Shown: positions 1-9,088 of the stretch, in pieces
Numbering within the stretch: the first letter of the stretch is position 1
Layout: each line of letters opens with the position of its first letter
Assembly: GCA_031414805.1 (NCBI GenBank)
Contig: JANOQJ010000088.1
Span: 12,882 to 76,881, forward strand
DNA from: Comamonadaceae bacterium
Lineage (GTDB): Bacteria; Pseudomonadota; Gammaproteobacteria; Burkholderiales; Burkholderiaceae_C
Direction: 5' to 3'
DNA length: 64,000 nucleotides
Notes under the pieces: model-generated
Database searches by the model: none
Seen by the model: only the letters and a program-made list of their open reading frames with translations
What the model was told of the DNA's origin: nothing
Translations under genes and position numbers: made by a program

Positions 1-4
1 CTTT

Positions 5-1039
5 GTGTATGCCTCGGGCACCACCATGAAGCCGATTTACACCGCCGCCAAAAACGCCTTGAAAAAGCGCGTGGCGTACGCGGAAGGCGAAGAAGAGCGC
101 GTGCTGCGCGCCGCCCAAATCGTGGTGGACGAAGGCCTGGCCCGTCCGACCTTGATTGGTCGCCCTGCGGTGATTGCCCAGCGCATCGAGAAATTTGGCC
201 TGCGCTTGAAAGAAGAACTGGACTACGACGTGGTGAACGTAGAGCAAGACGTGCGCTACCGCGATTTCTGGCAAACCTACCACCGCATGGCCGAGCGCAA
301 GGGCGTGACCAGGCAAGGCGCCAAAATCGAAATGCGTCGGCGCTTGACCCTGATCGGCTCCATGCTGCTGCACAAAGGCGATGTGGACGGCATGATTTGC
401 GGCACCTGGGGCACCACCGCGATGCATTTGCATTACATCGACCAGGTGATTGGCAAACGCGTGGGCGGCAGCCCCAGCACGCCGCAAGACGTGCAGATTT
501 ACGCGTGCATGAACGGCCTCATGTTGCCGGGCCGACAGGTGTTTTTAGTCGACACGCATGTGAACTATGACCCGACACCCGAAGAATTGACCGAAATCAC
601 CGTGATGGCTGCCGAAGAAATGATGCGCTTCGGCCTGAAACCCAAGGCTGCACTGCTGTCGCACAGCAATTTCGGCCAGAGCAGCCAGCCCAGCGCCGTC
701 AAAATGCGCCAGACCTTGGCGCTGCTGCAAACCCAGGCCCCGTGGCTGGAAGTTGACGGTGAAATGCATGGCGACATAGCGCTGGACGGTGCCGCCCGCC
801 ACGCGATGATGCCCAACAGCACCCTGGCTGGGGACGCCAATTTGCTGGTGTTTCCCAACATTGACGCCGCAAATATTTCTTACAACCTTCTCAAAACTGC
901 CGCGGGCGGCAACATCGCCATCGGCCCCGTGCTGCTGGGTGCGGCCAAACCGGTGCATATTTTGACCGCTAGCACCACTGTGCGACGTATTGTGAATATG
1001 ACAGCACTTACCGTAGCGGACGCAAACGCCGTCCGATAA
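5..1039 (+). CDS. maeB: NADP-dependent malic enzyme, C-terminal phosphotransacetylase-like domain (N-terminus lies upstream of the window)
   Basis: ORF is open to the window edge. PTA-type motifs SHSNFG, EVDGEMHGDIAL and LLVFPNIDAANISYNLLK. Confidence 0.8.
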   Translation: MYASGTTMKPIYTAAKNALKKRVAYAEGEEERVLRAAQIVVDEGLARPTLIGRPAVIAQRIEKFGLRLKEELDYDVVNVEQDVRYRDFWQTYHRMAERKGVTRQGAKIEMRRRLTLIGSMLLHKGDVDGMICGTWGTTAMHLHYIDQVIGKRVGGSPSTPQDVQIYACMNGLMLPGRQVFLVDTHVNYDPTPEELTEITVMAAEEMMRFGLKPKAALLSHSNFGQSSQPSAVKMRQTLALLQTQAPWLEVDGEMHGDIALDGAARHAMMPNSTLAGDANLLVFPNIDAANISYNLLKTAAGGNIAIGPVLLGAAKPVHILTASTTVRRIVNMTALTVADANAVR

Positions 1040-1236
1040 AGCGTTGAAGAACAGCGTGCGCTAACTTTTTTGAGTTGAAGCGGATGTAAAGCCCTTGGCT
1101 TCGTGCTCAAATTTTGTGCAATGGCTTGCCTTTGTCGGGTGATTCGGGCAAACTCGCGCCTTCCGATTTTCGGGTTAACCCGGTAGCACAGTTCGGTGAC
1201 AAATTTCACTGCTGCTGCCTGGAAACGATTTCACCC

Positions 1237-1635
1237 GTGTCGAAACAAACCTTTTTTGGAAACCCTGTGCATCTTGCGCGCATTGCTGTTGTCGGTCTGC
1301 TGTCACTGGTGCTGCTAAGCACTGGCGCGCAGGCACGATCGCTCGCCGAGGACTCCATCCCTCTGGCTCAATTGCCCGCACAAGGCCGCGACACTTACGC
1401 CCTGATCACCCAGGGCGGCCCGTTTCCCTACGACAAAGACGGCAGCGTGTTTGGTAACCGTGAACGCCTGTTGCCCAAGCACCCGCGCGGCCATTACCGC
1501 GAGTACACCGTCAAGACACCCGGCGCGCGTAACCGGGGTGCCCGAAGAATCGTATGCGGTGGCCCCGCCAAGACACCCGAGGTTTGCTACTACACGGCAG
1601 ACCACTACAGCAGCTTTCGAAAGATTGCGCCCTAA
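1237..1635 (+). CDS. secreted guanyl-specific ribonuclease (barnase / RNase Sa / N1-T1 family)
   Basis: Lies in ORF 1114..1635. GGPFPYDKDGSVFGNRERLLP, YREYTV, RGARRIV and YYTADHYSSF match the microbial RNase fold. GTG at 1237 yields a signal peptide (IAVVGLLSLVLLSTGAQA). The start is uncertain; ATG 1114 is the alternative. Confidence 0.75.
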   Translation: MSKQTFFGNPVHLARIAVVGLLSLVLLSTGAQARSLAEDSIPLAQLPAQGRDTYALITQGGPFPYDKDGSVFGNRERLLPKHPRGHYREYTVKTPGARNRGARRIVCGGPAKTPEVCYYTADHYSSFRKIAP

Positions 1636-1712
1636 GCGTTTTGCTCGGTGCCCCAAAGGTGCTGAGCTTCAGACACAAGAACTATTTTTTGACTATAGAA
1701 AGTGAAGCGGAG

Positions 1713-2114
1713 ATGGACATGCCACTTCGTAGCGTACGACCCAACATCGTGCAATCGATTCGCGCCTTCCGGGTGCAAGACTTACAGGAAGCGGCCCAAT
1801 CCTTGGGCCAGCACTTCCTGTATGCCAATTTATCCAACGCGCAGGCCAAGCAGGATGTGTTGGATTTAATTGCCGATCAATTTACGTTCCCAGCGCATTT
1901 CGGCAAAAACTTCGATGCGCTGTACGACTGCATGACGGATTCAGTCCACAAATCGGGCCCTCAACCCGGCTTCATTGTGGTGCTGGAGCAGATTCCGGCG
2001 AACCTGAAGTTCGACAAAGAGGCCCGCGAGCAATTGCTGGACATCTTCCGCGACGCTGCAGATTATTGGGGGGAGCGAAAAATACCGTTTCGCTGCTTCT
2101 ATTCTTTTCTGTAG
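1713..2114 (+). CDS. barstar-family ribonuclease inhibitor (immunity protein for the upstream RNase)
   Basis: ATG 1713 inside ORF 1554..2114. Motif FPAHFGKNFDALYDCMTD. Located directly downstream of the RNase gene. Confidence 0.75.
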   Translation: MDMPLRSVRPNIVQSIRAFRVQDLQEAAQSLGQHFLYANLSNAQAKQDVLDLIADQFTFPAHFGKNFDALYDCMTDSVHKSGPQPGFIVVLEQIPANLKFDKEAREQLLDIFRDAADYWGERKIPFRCFYSFL

Positions 2115-2417
2115 CCCGTTCTGCATCCACCAGCCAAGCAGAACGGGCGAACGAGGCCAGCGGCATCAGCGCGCCCACCGGCATTGCCATCGGCGGCACA
2201 CACACCACCGATGACGGCGAAAAAATGCCCACCGATCTATTGATTGACGTATCGCCCCTGGCGCTGCGCATGAGCAGCCCGTTCAACGCGGGTTATTGGT
2301 TGGCAGCGGCCTGACGCTCATGACGGGATGACGCAGCCGCTGCACAGCTTGCATGACAGATGACGGACGACCGTCACCCGTCATGGCGCGCAGCGCCGTC
2401 ATTCATGCGCAGCGAGG

Positions 2418-3221
2418 TCATGGGCGCGCCAGCGCCGTCATCTTCATGGCCAGCGCCACGTATTCATCAACAGGCACCTCTTCGGCACGACGTTGCGCAT
2501 CAAAAGGCTCGTCGTGCTGATGTTCTTCCAGCCAGCGCCCCAGCGTGTGCCGCAAAATTTTGCGGCGCTGGCTGAACGCCACCTGCACGATTTCCGAGAG
2601 CAGTTTGACATCGACGTCGGGTGGCTGCGCCAGCGGCACCATGCGCACCACCGAGCTGTCGACACGGGGCGGTGGGTTGAATGATTCGGGGGGCACATGC
2701 AAAACGTGCTCCATGGTGTAGCGCCATTGCAGCATCACACTCAGGCGGCTGTAATCCGCCGTGGCAGGCCTGGCCAGCATGCGGTCGACCACCTCTTTTT
2801 GCAGCATGAAGTGCTGGTCTTGTATGTGCTGTGCGAATGGCAAGAGATGAAACAGGATGGGCGTGGAGATGTTGTAGGGCAAGTTGCCCACCACACGCAG
2901 TGAGCCACGATTTGCTACTGAATTAATAGCTGTTTCAGCAGTATTTATAAGGGCAAAGTCCACTTTTAATACATCGGCCTCAATCACCGTCAACTGCGGG
3001 TGCTCACGCAGCCGCACCGCGAGGTCGCGGTCCAGCTCGATCACGGTGAGATGGCCCAGTCGCTCAACCAGGGGCTGCGTCAGTGCGGCCAGACCCGGGC
3101 CGATTTCGACCATGTGCTGGCCCGGCTCTGGCGCAATGGCGGAAACGATGGCCTCAATGATCCCGCCGTCGGCCAGAAAGTGCTGACCAAAGCGCTTGCG
3201 GGCAACGTGCTTCATGCTCAC
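2418..3221 (-). CDS. rsmA: 16S rRNA (adenine1518/1519-N6)-dimethyltransferase
   Basis: [19 protein letters not shown] and [17 protein letters not shown] motifs. ATGA overlap with the surA stop. Contains repeat copy 2914..2970 in frame. Confidence 0.93.
   Translation of the reverse strand: MSMKHVARKRFGQHFLADGGIIEAIVSAIAPEPGQHMVEIGPGLAALTQPLVERLGHLTVIELDRDLAVRLREHPQLTVIEADVLKVDFALINTAETAINSVANRGSLRVVGNLPYNISTPILFHLLPFAQHIQDQHFMLQKEVVDRMLARPATADYSRLSVMLQWRYTMEHVLHVPPESFNPPPRVDSSVVRMVPLAQPPDVDVKLLSEIVQVAFSQRRKILRHTLGRWLEEHQHDEPFDAQRRAEEVPVDEYVALAMKMTALARP
2914..2970 (+). repeat. structured ~60-nt repeat, copy inside rsmA (forward orientation)
   Basis: gctactgaattaatagctgtttcagcagtatttataagggc plus tail. 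Confidence 0.8.
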
Positions 3222-4597
3222 TCAGGTTGCGCGCGCAACTCCACAAACGCCCGGCCACGCACCTCTTGCGCCCAGGTCAGGTACGCCTCTTCCAGCTTTT
3301 TCTCTTTGACCATGCCGCGCGCCAGCTCGCGTTGCTCGCGCTGGCCCAGGGTGGTCTGGCGGCGCTCTTGCACCTCGATCAGGTGCACGCCGAAGCGTGA
3401 AACCAGCGGCTCGGCCATTTGCCCGGGGTTCAGGTTGTTCATCACGTCTTCAAACTCCGGCACAAACTGCCCGGGGTTGGCCCAGCCCAAGTCGCCGCCA
3501 CTGGCGGCACTGCCGTCTTGCGAATGCTCGCGTGCGAGCGCCGCAAAGTCGGCTTGGCCAGCCTGGATGCGACGTTTGTAGTCTGCCAACCGGGACACCG
3601 CGGCGGACTGCGACAGCTGGGCACCGGTGCGCAACAGGATGTGCCGCGCACGGGTTTGCGTGACGCTCATGCCCGGCATGCCGGCCTGGCGCTTTTCAAG
3701 CACTTTAAGGATGTGAAAACCGGCACCCGTTCGCACCAGCGGGCTGACGCCGCCTTCGCGCAGATCAGCCGTGGCCTGCACAAAAGCCGGGGGGTAGCGC
3801 TCGGCACTGCGCAGGCCAAACTGACCTCCGCTGGCGGCATTCGTACCCTCGGACGTTTCGCGCGCCAGCTTGGCGAAGTCTTCACCGGCCAATGCACGCG
3901 CCAGCACCTGCTGGGCGCGCGCCTGGATGGCGGCGACCTGGGCTGACGTGGCGTTTTCGGGCACCACCAGCAGCACATGCGCCAGGTTGATTTCCATGTT
4001 TTGCAAGTCGGTGCTGCCCTCCTGCTCGCGCAGGAATTGGTCCACCTCGACGTCGCTGACGCGGATGCGGGCATCGACCTCTCGCTCGCGCAAGCGCGTC
4101 AGCAAAATCTGGTTGCGCAACTCGTCGCGAAACTGGCCCACGCTCACACCGTCGGCCAGCAGTTGACGGCGCATTTGCGGCACCTCCAGCTGGTTTTGCC
4201 GCGCCACGGTGCGTTCGGCCTCGTCTACGGTGTTGTCGTCGGCCCGCACACCCGAGTCGCGCGCCAACTGCAGCTGGGCGCGCTCACCAATGAGCCGCTC
4301 CAGCACCTGCGCGGTCAACTCCGCGCGCGGCGGCAGGGGGGAGCCTTGTGCGGTCAGCTGCTGCTCGACCCGCACCAAACGGGCTCGCACCTCGTTATTG
4401 GTAATCGGCTCGGAATTGACCACGGCCACGATGAAGTCCGCCGAGCGCGGCGTGGTGTCCACGGCGCGCTGGATCGTGACGGCGGGGGCACGGCTGCCAC
4501 CCAGTTGGGGGGTGGAGCGCAACTGGGCCTGCGCGGGCCACGGCGCAAGCGCCGCATAAACCAAAGACACAGCAACGACGAAATTAAGCTTTTGCAT
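3218..4597 (-). CDS. surA: periplasmic chaperone / peptidyl-prolyl isomerase SurA
   Basis: Signal peptide and two parvulin-type PPIase segments (HILL..., GGDLGW...). Sits in the conserved position between lptD and rsmA. Confidence 0.9.
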   Translation of the reverse strand: MQKLNFVVAVSLVYAALAPWPAQAQLRSTPQLGGSRAPAVTIQRAVDTTPRSADFIVAVVNSEPITNNEVRARLVRVEQQLTAQGSPLPPRAELTAQVLERLIGERAQLQLARDSGVRADDNTVDEAERTVARQNQLEVPQMRRQLLADGVSVGQFRDELRNQILLTRLREREVDARIRVSDVEVDQFLREQEGSTDLQNMEINLAHVLLVVPENATSAQVAAIQARAQQVLARALAGEDFAKLARETSEGTNAASGGQFGLRSAERYPPAFVQATADLREGGVSPLVRTGAGFHILKVLEKRQAGMPGMSVTQTRARHILLRTGAQLSQSAAVSRLADYKRRIQAGQADFAALAREHSQDGSAASGGDLGWANPGQFVPEFEDVMNNLNPGQMAEPLVSRFGVHLIEVQERRQTTLGQREQRELARGMVKEKKLEEAYLTWAQEVRGRAFVELRAQPE

Positions 4598-4624
4598 GGG
4601 GCGTGCCTGTATCAGAAAAAGTGA

Positions 4625-7060
4625 CTAATCAAACTGCGTGAACCGGCTGGGTGTGGTGGTTTTTTCGCGCAGGTACTGGTAGCGCGGAATATTGTCGCGC
4701 AGGGTGCGCAGCGGGTTGGTGCCCAGGCGGGTGAAGCCGACAAACTCCAGCTGGAACAAAACGCGCTTGTTGGAAGTGGCCGCGCCCGCCGTGGTGGTGC
4801 CACTAGCCAGGCGCTCCAGCACGATGCGGCCCAGCCAGCAACCGGCGTCGTATTCCAGACCGATCACGGTGTCCACCAGTTTTTTCTCTTTCAGGCTCAT
4901 GTTCAGGCGACCGACGCTGTACCAGCGACCCTCGCCCTGCCCCTGCCCTGCGCCCAACTCCTGGCCGCGGTCGCCCCAAATGTCGTTGAGCGGCCACTGC
5001 CAGCCGATGTCCAGTTGCTCGCTGACGCCTTGCTGGCGGCGGTACGCGGCACTGACGACGCGGTAATTGCTGGGGCTGTAGCGGCCACTGACCACGGTAC
5101 GCACCGAGCTTTTGGTCTCTACGTTGTATTGCACGGTGGCATCGGCCGTCCAGCGTGGGTCCCACGCGAGCCCGGCACCCAGCAGCACATCGCTGACGCC
5201 TTTTTTCTCGGGCACACCACCGGGCAAGGTCACGCGCTGATCGGCGAAGCGCAGGCGCTGAGCGATGTCAAAGCGCGCCACCTGCACGCCGGTGGGCAGC
5301 AAGAAACGCGAGGTCACACCCAGCGTCAGCAAGTTGTTGTCGGATATGCGGTCTTGACCACCAAACGCGTTCTCCGTGTAGACGGTGGCGAAGTTGAAGT
5401 CGTTGGCGCCCGAGTCGTAGTTGGGCAGCAGGCTCTGGTCGCGAAACGGCGTGCGGGTGTAGAAGGCCCGCGGCTCCAGGGTCTGCGTCAAGTCTTTGCC
5501 AAACCATTGCGTGTCGCGCTCAAACACCAGTCCCGAATCCACACTGAAGGTGGGCAGCGAGCGGCTGGCGGACATGGCACCGTTGGTCAGCGGGGTTTCA
5601 AACTGGTAGCGCGTGCTGTTCAGCTGCAACTTGGGAATTGCAAACCAGCCGGGCGTGCGCCACGGGTAGCTGATCTGGGCCTGCCCGTAGCTGCGCCGCG
5701 CATTTGGCTGGCCCGTGAGCACGCGGTCGGAGCGAAAACGGGTGGTGTCCAGGTCGGCCTGCATTTCGAAGCCGGCCACATTGGGGTTCAGGTAGCGGCC
5801 AGCCAGTTGCGGGCTGCGGTCATACGGCGGCAAGATGGGCGACGTGACGTCTTGCAAGGTTTGCCATTTCAGGCTGCGCAGACTGGCGGAGTAATTGCCC
5901 TGTGCCCACGACAGTTTCATGTCGTTGGACAGCAGGCGCTGGGTCAGGGACGTGCCGCTGCGGGCAAAGTCGCGCCAGTAGTTGTCATCACTCACCCGGT
6001 TCAAGTTCACATTCAGCCCCAGCGTGCCCACGCCCGGCACACCGGTTTGCAGCAACGCATCGTGCACCACCGATGCGCCCCAGCGGGAGCGGTCGCGCAG
6101 CTTGTCGCTGGGCATGAAGTTCAGCCGGGTCTGGCCCTGGTAGTCGTTTTCCAGGTAGCGGAATTCACCACCCAGGTCCACACCGCGTTTGGTCAACCAG
6201 GCCGGAAAGAAAGTAGCGTCACGGTTGGGTGCAATGTTCCAGTAGTACGGCTGGGTGATTTCCACGCCATTGAGGTTGTCCACCCCGATGGTGGGTGGCA
6301 AAAAGCCCGATTTGCGTTTGTCCGTCAGAGGGAAACTCATGCTGGGCACCACCAGCAGCGGCACTTCCATGAAGCTGAGTACCGCGTTGGTGGCCTGACC
6401 GACTTCCTCTTCCGAATCAATGCGCACGCTGGCGGCGCGCAGGATCCAGTCGGGCAGCCAGCTGGGGCCGGGCTGGCGCTTGCAGGTGGTGTAGGTGGCG
6501 TTGCGGATGGTAGAGCGCTTGTCGTCTACAAAATCAATGCGGTCGGCGCTGCCGTGTGCGCCATTCTTGAGCAACTGGTAACTTGGCTGGAGGAAAAAGC
6601 CCTCAAACGCATCGACTTTCAGCTCCAGTTGCGGCCCTTCAAATAGGTCGCCCGCGCGGTTGATGCGCACATTGCCATTGGCCCGAACCCGGTCGTCGGG
6701 CTGGTAGTACTCCAGGCGGTCGGCGCGAATGACGGTGTCGCCCCGGCGCAGCTCCACGTTGCCCTCGAGCACGGTTTCCAGGTCGGGCCGTCCCGAGGCG
6801 CTGTCGCTGGTGGTGAAGGTGGGCAAAGCGCCACGCTCGCCGTCGGGCACCACCGGGCGCAACTCGAGGCTGGGCATCAGGCGCAAGGCGTCAGCGGGCT
6901 GCGTCGCGGGTGACGGTTCTGGCTGGGCTGGCCCCGGCGTGGTCTGGACAGGCTGAGCCTGCGCCGCTTGACCAACCACCACCAGCACCACGGCTGCAAC
7001 CGGATGGAGGGGAAAACGGCTGCCAGGGGACGGTGTGCGATTGAAAGCGGAGCGTGTCAC
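4625..7060 (-). CDS. lptD: LPS-assembly outer-membrane protein LptD
   Basis: 811 aa with a signal peptide, an OstA-like N-terminal domain (GNVELRRGD..IRADRLEY) and a long beta-barrel region. Located upstream of surA. Confidence 0.92.
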   Translation of the reverse strand: MTRSAFNRTPSPGSRFPLHPVAAVVLVVVGQAAQAQPVQTTPGPAQPEPSPATQPADALRLMPSLELRPVVPDGERGALPTFTTSDSASGRPDLETVLEGNVELRRGDTVIRADRLEYYQPDDRVRANGNVRINRAGDLFEGPQLELKVDAFEGFFLQPSYQLLKNGAHGSADRIDFVDDKRSTIRNATYTTCKRQPGPSWLPDWILRAASVRIDSEEEVGQATNAVLSFMEVPLLVVPSMSFPLTDKRKSGFLPPTIGVDNLNGVEITQPYYWNIAPNRDATFFPAWLTKRGVDLGGEFRYLENDYQGQTRLNFMPSDKLRDRSRWGASVVHDALLQTGVPGVGTLGLNVNLNRVSDDNYWRDFARSGTSLTQRLLSNDMKLSWAQGNYSASLRSLKWQTLQDVTSPILPPYDRSPQLAGRYLNPNVAGFEMQADLDTTRFRSDRVLTGQPNARRSYGQAQISYPWRTPGWFAIPKLQLNSTRYQFETPLTNGAMSASRSLPTFSVDSGLVFERDTQWFGKDLTQTLEPRAFYTRTPFRDQSLLPNYDSGANDFNFATVYTENAFGGQDRISDNNLLTLGVTSRFLLPTGVQVARFDIAQRLRFADQRVTLPGGVPEKKGVSDVLLGAGLAWDPRWTADATVQYNVETKSSVRTVVSGRYSPSNYRVVSAAYRRQQGVSEQLDIGWQWPLNDIWGDRGQELGAGQGQGEGRWYSVGRLNMSLKEKKLVDTVIGLEYDAGCWLGRIVLERLASGTTTAGAATSNKRVLFQLEFVGFTRLGTNPLRTLRDNIPRYQYLREKTTTPSRFTQFD

Positions 7061-7122
7061 AGTGCGAGGGGCTTGGGAGGGGCGGGTCTTACCGATAAGC
7101 CCGTTCGTACAATCGATTATCC

Positions 7123-8208
7123 ATGACCCACCCGACCGAACCGACCACTGTCTCCAACCCCATTGTGTGGGCCGATCACGAGCGACAAACGGCGTTCAAC
7201 AAATGGCTGGCCACGGTCAGCGGCCCACAGGCATTGATGCCCGAAAGCCTACGCAGTGCCTCGGCCGACGCCAGTTTTCGCCGTTACTTTCGCATTGATC
7301 AGGCCGCAGGCGGCAGCCGCATCATCATGGACGCGCCGCCCACGCTGGAAGACTGCAAACCGTTTGTCAATGTGGCTGCGTTGATGCGCCAGGCCGGCTT
7401 GCAAGTGCCAGACGTCCTGGCGTGGGACGAAACCCAGGGCTTTATGCTGCTCAGTGATGTGGGTCAGCACACCATGATGCAGGTGCTGAAGCCAGACGAG
7501 CCGCAGGCCAATCAGGCTTTGTTTCTGCAAGCGGCCGATGAGTTGGTGCGCTGGCAACTGGCTTCCCAGCCCGGCGTGCTGCCCGTCTACGACGCGCCGC
7601 TGCTGACCCGCGAACTGGCCTTGTTTCCCGACTGGTACATCGCGCGCCACCGCGCGGTGGTGCTGAGCGACAAGCACCAAGCCATTCTGGACAAAGCGTT
7701 GCAACTGATTGTTCAGCGAAATCTCGCCGCCGCCAGCGTCTATGTGCACCGCGATTTCATGCCCCGGAATTTGATGATGCCCACGGGAGACAACACCCGC
7801 CTGTCGATCCTGGACTTTCAGGACGCTGTCTATGGCCCCATCACCTACGACATTGCCAGCCTGATGCGCGACGCCTTCATTAGCTGGGACGAGGAATTCG
7901 TGCTGGACATCACGGTGCGCTACTGGCAGCGCGCCCAGAAAGCCGGGCTGCCGGTCGACGCGGACTTTGGCGACTTTTACCGCGCGGTGGAGTGGATGGG
8001 CTTGCAGCGCCATTTGAAAATAGCGGGCATTTTTGCCCGCATCACCCTGCGGGACGGCAAACCCAAATACCTGGCTGACACGCCACGCTTCATCGGCTAC
8101 ATCCGCGCCACCTGTAACCGCTACCGCGAGCTGGGGCCGCTGCTGCAGGTGATTGACCACATCGAAGGCACGCAGGCTGCCACGGGTTACGCGTTTGGGC
8201 GCGTGTAG
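7123..8208 (+). CDS. aminoglycoside-phosphotransferase-fold kinase (AmgK-like MurNAc/GlcNAc anomeric kinase candidate)
   Basis: APH-fold catalytic motif VHRDFMPRNLM and ILDFQDA. The divergent arrangement with lptD is typical for amgK. No murU follows it here. Confidence 0.6.
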   Translation: MTHPTEPTTVSNPIVWADHERQTAFNKWLATVSGPQALMPESLRSASADASFRRYFRIDQAAGGSRIIMDAPPTLEDCKPFVNVAALMRQAGLQVPDVLAWDETQGFMLLSDVGQHTMMQVLKPDEPQANQALFLQAADELVRWQLASQPGVLPVYDAPLLTRELALFPDWYIARHRAVVLSDKHQAILDKALQLIVQRNLAAASVYVHRDFMPRNLMMPTGDNTRLSILDFQDAVYGPITYDIASLMRDAFISWDEEFVLDITVRYWQRAQKAGLPVDADFGDFYRAVEWMGLQRHLKIAGIFARITLRDGKPKYLADTPRFIGYIRATCNRYRELGPLLQVIDHIEGTQAATGYAFGRV

Positions 8209-8220
8209 TGCTGTTTGTGG

Positions 8221-8277
8221 CACTTTTAGGCCTCTAGCCCTTGTAAATACTGCTCAAGCAGCTATTGAATTAATAGC
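8221..8277 (-). repeat. structured ~60-nt repeat, intergenic copy (reverse orientation)
   Basis: cacttttaggcctctagcccttgtaaatactgctcaagcagctattgaattaatagc. Confidence 0.9.
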
Positions 8278-8292
8278 AAAATAAAACAAACC

Positions 8293-9027
8293 ATGCCCCG
8301 TTTTCACTGCCCCACCCCGCTGCATACGGGCTTGAGTCTGGATCTGCCGCCCAGCGCCGCTCGGCACGTGCAGGTGCTGCGACTGCAGCCGGGCAGCGCC
8401 ATCACCCTGTTCAACGGCGAGGGCGGTGAATACGCCGCGCAGGTTGAACTCATGGGGCGAAGCGACGTGCGCGTGACGGTGGGCGCGCATGACCCGGTGG
8501 CGCGTGAAGCAGCCCGCGCCGTCCACCTGTTGGTGGGTATGCCCACCAACGAGCGCATGGACTGGCTGGTGGAAAAAGCCACCGAACTGGGTGCCGCCAG
8601 CATCACGCCCCTGGTAACCGAGCGCACCGTGCTCAAGCTGTCCGGCGAGCGGGCCGATAAAAAACGCGCCCACTGGCAGGCTATTGCGGTGGCGGCCTGC
8701 GAGCAGTGCGGGCGCAACCGGGTGCCGGTGGTGCATGCGGTGCGGGCTTTTGGCGCGGAAATAACGACAGGTTTGGCTGCGACCACCCCGCAGCGTTGGG
8801 TCCTCAGCCTGAGCCCGCAGGCGCAAAGCCTTCATGGCTTGCTCACGGCGGCTGCGCCACCGGCTGTCACCCTGCTGTCCGGGCCCGAAGGCGGCTTGAG
8901 CGCAGCCGAGGAGGCCCAGGCCCTGGCGCAGGGCTATGCTGCGCTGTCGCTGGGTCAGCGCACACTGCGCGCTGAAACCGCACCGCTGGCTGCCTTGGCT
9001 GCGATTGACTTGTTACTCCTGAATTAA
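8293..9027 (+). CDS. rsmE: 16S rRNA (uracil1498-N3)-methyltransferase
   Basis: MPRFHCP start, and LVGMPTNERMDWLVEKATELG and LSGPEGGLS motifs. The stop codon lies inside repeat copy 9014..9077. Confidence 0.88.
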   Translation: MPRFHCPTPLHTGLSLDLPPSAARHVQVLRLQPGSAITLFNGEGGEYAAQVELMGRSDVRVTVGAHDPVAREAARAVHLLVGMPTNERMDWLVEKATELGAASITPLVTERTVLKLSGERADKKRAHWQAIAVAACEQCGRNRVPVVHAVRAFGAEITTGLAATTPQRWVLSLSPQAQSLHGLLTAAAPPAVTLLSGPEGGLSAAEEAQALAQGYAALSLGQRTLRAETAPLAALAAIDLLLLN

Positions 9028-9077
9028 TAGCTGCTTGAGCAGTATTTACAAGGGCTGGAGCCCGATTTGACATAAAA
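9014..9077 (+). repeat. structured ~60-nt repeat, spans the rsmE stop codon
   Basis: tactcctgaattaatagctgcttgagcagtatttacaagggctggagcccgatttgacataaaa. Confidence 0.9.
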
Positions 9078-9088
9078 AGAACCCCACC

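Noticed and set aside
1060-1113. aagcccttgg...tgctcaa... downstream of maeB faintly resembles the reverse repeat consensus.
   Set aside because: Only two short blocks match, which is below what I would accept without a profile search.
2115-2417. 300-bp gap after the barstar gene, with a 10-bp stem (CCCGTTCTGC...GCAGAACGGG at 2115..2147) and small ORFs.
   Set aside because: The hairpin lacks a U-tract, and the small ORFs (2066..2314, 2360..2575) have no supporting features. It may be a weak terminator, but I cannot support a call.
5015-6646. 543-aa ORF on the plus strand, opposite lptD. Similar long antisense ORFs occur elsewhere, for example at 7249..8223 and 42228..43313.
   Set aside because: These ORFs are Arg/Ala/Gly/His-rich and low in complexity. 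Each lies fully inside a well-supported gene on the other strand. This is the typical open antisense frame of high-GC DNA.
8867-9073. Short ORFs containing the peptide NTAQAAI. They include 8867..9073, 23437..23907, 46109..46726 and 63191..63466.
   Set aside because: The shared peptide is just the open antisense frame of the 60-nt repeat. The rest of each ORF is unrelated or antisense to real genes, so this is not a protein family.
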